Assembly: GCA_001600695.1 (NCBI GenBank)
Contig: BCKQ01000002.1
Span: 2,103,857 to 2,167,856, forward strand
DNA from: Ascoidea asiatica JCM 7603
Taxonomy: Eukaryota; Fungi; Ascomycota
Direction: 5' to 3'
Length of the DNA stretch: 64,000 nt
Shown here: one piece after another, positions 59,830 through 64,000 of the stretch
Position numbering within the stretch: the first letter of the stretch is position 1
Layout: every line of letters begins with the position of its first letter
Translations under genes and position numbers: made by a program
The notes under the pieces: model-generated
What the model was told of the DNA's origin: nothing
The model's database searches: none
The model's input: the letters and a program-made list of their open reading frames with translations, nothing else

Positions 59830-61857
59830 ATGACAATAAATATAGAAAATGTTAATTTTGATAATGTTGATGAATTGTATGATATATTAACTGATGTATT
59901 AAATAATGATATCCTAGGTAATCATCGTTGTTCAAACGTGAAAAGAAAAACTTCTAATAATGATCTTCAAGATCATAATGAAGCAAGTAATGAGATAATT
60001 TCTGATGATCTTGTTGGTGATGATGATGATGATGATGATGACGAAGATGAGAATGAAGAAGAAGAAGACGACGAAGATGATAATAATAATAATAATAATC
60101 ATGAGCGTTTAAGAAATAATTCAAGTACAACTAATAGAACTTTTCGTAATTTAAATGATGATACTTTAGTTCATCGTTATTCATTAAAAAGTATGAAAAG
60201 TAATAATACCATCAATTCAATTAATACCATTAATACTTTAAATGAACATCAAATAAATGATATAAATCTCTTAAATAATCATAATCATAATCATAATCAT
60301 AATCATAATCATAATAATAATATCAATCAAGATGATTTATTTAAAATTGTTGAAATTTATAAATTAAAATCAACAAATGATTATATTGATGCAGATTTAT
60401 TAGAAAATGATTTTTTAAAAATTAATAAAAATTATAAAAATTTAAATGATTTTAAAAATTTAATTATAAAAAATTATAAAAATTTTAAATTAAAACAATT
60501 TAATTCTTTTAAAGATAAAAAAATTTTTCAATCTTTTAAAATTTTATATATAACTTTATTTAATTGGATTTTATTAAATAATGATTTAAAAATTAAATTA
60601 AAAAATTGGTTAAATTCAAATAAATTCACAATTATTAAATGGATAATGTATAAATATAATCATTCAATAAAATCTACAAAAAATAATAATGGTAATAATA
60701 ATAATAATACTTTAAAAGATCAAATAAATGATGAATTTAATTTTAAATTAAAAGATTTAAAATTTAATAATATTTCTTGTCTTAATACTGAAAATATTGA
60801 TAATGAATTTGATTTAAATTTATTAAAATCATTTTTTGAATATTTTAATACTGATAGATTTAAATTTAATATATTTTATTTATCTAAAAAATTAATTAAT
60901 TTAATTAATAATTCTTATTTAAATAATAATATAAATTTTGATTATTGTTATGATTCAAAAATTCATGGAATTTTATTTAATAATTATAAATTATCTTCTC
61001 CATTTGAAATTATATTAAAAATTAAAAAAAATTTTAATAAAGATAAAAAATTTATAAATTTATGGTTCTCAATTTATTGGTTAAGTTTAAATTATAATGA
61101 TAAATTAAAATTTAAAAATTGGTATAATTTTAATGAATTAAATATTATAAAATATGAATATGATTATAAAAATTTAATTAATTATAATAATTTAATTAAT
61201 TCAAATAATAATATAAATTTAAATTATTGTTTACCAACAACAAAAAATTTTAAAATTGAATTATTTTTAAAATATTGGTTAAATTATTTTAATTCTCAAT
61301 TTTTTAAATTTGATATTTTATATTTAAGAAATGTTTGTAAAATTGAATTTATAAATACTATAAATAATTCTAAAATTCAATCAATTATTAAAAAAGTTAA
61401 TCAAGAATTATATAATAATACATATAGTACAAATACAAATTTAAATTCAAATTTAAATTCAAATTTAAATTCCAATCCAAATTCTAATTCAAATATTAGT
61501 TCAATTAAAAATAGTAATTATATTAATTATTCAAGTTTAAATTCAAGAAATAATATTAATAATAATCATTTTAATGGAAATTTTAATGTAAATATAAATT
61601 TAAATAATAATGAAAATAATAATTCTAATACCAATGGTATTACTAATGGTATAAATAATCTTAATACAAATTTATCAACAGGAGTTTATAATGGAAAAAG
61701 TTTAAATCATAGTAAAAGTCTTAATTATTTAAGTAATAATTCAAATTCTAATTTAAATTCATATAATAATTCATATAATTTAAGTAAATATAAATACAAT
61801 GATGTTGATAATGAATCAGATGAATTAAATTATGAAAGTACAAATGAGAATAATTAG
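59830..61857 (+). CDS. Orphan Asn-rich protein; probably extends to 62243 across a 1-nt frameshift
   Basis: Long ORF with host codon usage; likely start MTINIENV at 59830 (AAAAATGA). Acidic tract, (NH)n repeat and an aromatic-rich core. No family recognised. Confidence 0.7.
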   Translation: MTINIENVNFDNVDELYDILTDVLNNDILGNHRCSNVKRKTSNNDLQDHNEASNEIISDDLVGDDDDDDDDEDENEEEEDDEDDNNNNNNHERLRNNSSTTNRTFRNLNDDTLVHRYSLKSMKSNNTINSINTINTLNEHQINDINLLNNHNHNHNHNHNHNNNINQDDLFKIVEIYKLKSTNDYIDADLLENDFLKINKNYKNLNDFKNLIIKNYKNFKLKQFNSFKDKKIFQSFKILYITLFNWILLNNDLKIKLKNWLNSNKFTIIKWIMYKYNHSIKSTKNNNGNNNNNTLKDQINDEFNFKLKDLKFNNISCLNTENIDNEFDLNLLKSFFEYFNTDRFKFNIFYLSKKLINLINNSYLNNNINFDYCYDSKIHGILFNNYKLSSPFEIILKIKKNFNKDKKFINLWFSIYWLSLNYNDKLKFKNWYNFNELNIIKYEYDYKNLINYNNLINSNNNINLNYCLPTTKNFKIELFLKYWLNYFNSQFFKFDILYLRNVCKIEFINTINNSKIQSIIKKVNQELYNNTYSTNTNLNSNLNSNLNSNPNSNSNISSIKNSNYINYSSLNSRNNINNNHFNGNFNVNINLNNNENNNSNTNGITNGINNLNTNLSTGVYNGKSLNHSKSLNYLSNNSNSNLNSYNNSYNLSKYKYNDVDNESDELNYESTNENN

Positions 61858-62353
61858 ATAAAAGTGATAAGAGTGATAAAAGTGATATTAAATCGGATAT
61901 AAGTTTAAGTTTAGTTAATAGTCTTAATATTAATGATGAAAATACTATTAGAAATAATAGTAGTGAAGAGATAATATTGGAAAAAAAAGAGAATATATTT
62001 ATCAATAATAATAATAATAACAATAGAAGTAGAAGTATAAGTAGAAATGGAAATGGAAATGAAAATGGAAATGGAAATAGAAATATAAGCTCACATATAA
62101 ATGAGATTGAAGTTAATGAAAATGAATCCATTAATAGAAGTGATAAAAGTGATAGAAGTGACAAAAGTTTCAATGATCTTAATAATGATCTTAAGAGTTA
62201 TGAATCTAATAGTAGTGTAAGTGTTATTATAAAAACTGAGTAAATTATAAGTAATTAAATTTATTATATGAAGAATATATAAACATATATATATATATAC
62301 AGTATATAAGTATACATGTAAGTAAGTATATAAATAAGTATATATGAATAAAG

Positions 62354-63412
62354 TTAAATTGATTTTTTATTTGGATTTGAAAATGGTTTATCTAAAGCTT
62401 TATAAGATACTTGTAAAGAAGATAACCAATTAAGAGATTGTAATAAGACAGAAATTATTAATAAAGATATTAAAGTACCCATGAAAATACCTGGAGAAAA
62501 AAATTGATAAGTTTCGAATAAATTACCATTACCATTTATATTTTTAGTAAAATTTGAGTTTAAATTTGAGAATGAAGAAGATGAAGAAGTTAATTGTATA
62601 TCAATTGTTTCTTTAGCATCATTATAATCATCTGAGATATCATCTGAGATTACATTTGAAACATCATTTAAACTATTTGGATTTTCATTTAAATAATCAG
62701 TAATTTCTTGAGATAATTCATTTGAATCTTCTTCATATATTTCATCATCAATATCTCTTTTTGAAAATTTACTTGATAATTTACTTGATAATTTACTTGA
62801 TAATTTATTAGATAATTTATAAGTTAATTGATTTTTGAAAGTATTTTCAATAGAAGGTACACCTTGAATGATTATTGAATAATCATTATTATTAAGTAAT
62901 GAATTGATGAAATTAATATCATTATCATTAAGATTTTCATTTAATAATTTAATTATAAATAAATTTGAATCTTGATTTTGATTTAATTCATTTAAATTTT
63001 CAAGATATTTAAATTCATTTAATTGATTATTTAAATTTTTTAAATCATTTGAAGTATAATGAACTAAATTTGAAATAAACTGAATATTATTATTATTATT
63101 ATTATTTTTAATAATTGGTAAATTAAATTGATTTAAATTTTTTAAATTTTCAATTTGAATAATTGTAAATTTAATATTTTTTTGATCCTGAGATGTAAAT
63201 GAATTTATTTTTTTAAATAAATTATTTGAAATTTGATTAAATTCCATATAATTTGAAAAATCATTTAAATTTAAAGAATCTTTGAATTCAATATTTTGAT
63301 TATTTAAATTTAAAAAAATTGGGGAAGTATCAATGAATGCATTAGATAAAGATAAATTGAATAAACTTAATAAGAAAATACATGATAAAATCTTGAAATT
63401 TGGAGAAAACAT
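62354..63412 (-). CDS. VOA1: Voa1/Big1-type (V-ATPase Ac45/S1-like) type I membrane protein
   Basis: Signal peptide, KR dibasic site, C-terminal GNLFETYQFFSPGIFMG-TM-WLSSLQVSYKA and a dilysine KKxx retrieval signal (KKSI). Confidence 0.75.
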   Translation of the reverse strand: MFSPNFKILSCIFLLSLFNLSLSNAFIDTSPIFLNLNNQNIEFKDSLNLNDFSNYMEFNQISNNLFKKINSFTSQDQKNIKFTIIQIENLKNLNQFNLPIIKNNNNNNNIQFISNLVHYTSNDLKNLNNQLNEFKYLENLNELNQNQDSNLFIIKLLNENLNDNDINFINSLLNNNDYSIIIQGVPSIENTFKNQLTYKLSNKLSSKLSSKLSSKFSKRDIDDEIYEEDSNELSQEITDYLNENPNSLNDVSNVISDDISDDYNDAKETIDIQLTSSSSSFSNLNSNFTKNINGNGNLFETYQFFSPGIFMGTLISLLIISVLLQSLNWLSSLQVSYKALDKPFSNPNKKSI

Positions 63413-63642
63413 TTTTGAATTTGAATTGAATAATAATAATTTAAAGATATTTACAGAACATTTATCTTTTGAGAATTGATATTATTGTTCTAATTAATAT
63501 ATTAATAACTAATTCTCGATATTTCATAGATATTTGAGTAATAATTAATTTAATTGAAGCTTTCAAGTTCAAAATTAGTTTATTATTATTGTTGTTGATG
63601 CTTGGAATTAAAACAGCAGCCAAATCGACAAAAAGAAGAGAG

Positions 63643-63754
63643 TTACCCGTGCTTGAAAGACAGAAACTGCAAAATGACTCAGATGTTACGTAATCATCAA
63701 TTAATAAGAAGCCAGAATTGCGGATTTCCTTTATTTTGATTAGTCAGCGCTGAC
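63643..63754. promoter_or_regulatory. Cluster of Reb1 and bZIP-type sites upstream of the VOA1-like gene
   Basis: TTACCCG 63643-63649, TGACTCA 63675-63681, TTACGTAA 63686-63693, TTAGTCA 63740-63746, palindrome GTCAGCGCTGAC 63743-63754. Confidence 0.45.
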
Positions 63755-64000
63755 ACAAGACGGAAATAAAAAATTAAAAAAAACTCCGGACCGTTCCAGA
63801 TATTCCATGCCACGGATACTCTTTCAACATCCTCGGCTAGCTTAGCTCCACTTCATTACTTTAGCTGTTAAAGCAATTACAATATTTCAAATGGGATTTC
63901 AACTGAATCTATTAACAATTTTAATATTTAATTTCGTGAAAGATTTTGAAGTAGGTCTTTGATAGTATTGAAATTTGAATTCATTTCATGTTGCATGCTT

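Noticed and set aside
294-62173. Short antisense or overlapping ORFs inside real genes (e.g. 5955, 18385, 29081-31755, 35228-38407, 39774, 61748)
   Set aside because: Shadow frames of strongly biased coding sequence or of simple repeats.
1-64000. CRISPR arrays, rRNA, intact LTR or DNA transposons, prokaryotic systems
   Set aside because: No repeat-spacer arrays, rRNA sequence, paired LTRs/TIRs or RT/integrase/transposase motifs were seen.

Overview
Very AT-rich eukaryotic DNA from a budding yeast (Saccharomycotina). Evidence: GTATGT...TACTAAC...YAG spliceosomal introns, intron-containing tRNA genes and yeast orthologues. The Asn-rich proteins, TTA/AAT-dominated codons and long intergenic spaces resemble Ascoidea, but this identification is inference. 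The window holds 2 tRNA genes (Lys-UUU and Asn-GUU, both with introns) and 17 protein genes: KHA1, GPI19, PPM1, an MRX10/RMND1-like gene, APE1, an uncharacterised fungal-domain protein, MDR1/GYP2, PSP2, TRM9, NDUFAF7, a Pom33/TMEM33-like gene, a serine O-succinyltransferase, an alcohol acetyltransferase, APT1, a PTM1-like gene, an orphan and a VOA1-like gene. The ORF track misses several things: two introns and a 4-nt first coding exon in PSP2; a single-base frameshift that splits the orphan gene; a stop-interrupted reading frame with PPxY, NLS and SIM motifs inside a ~10 kb gene-free region; a tandem array of Crz1-like sites upstream of KHA1; and a GC-rich double-hairpin island. I recognised no intact mobile element, CRISPR array or rRNA. 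All family assignments come from recalled motifs, not database searches.
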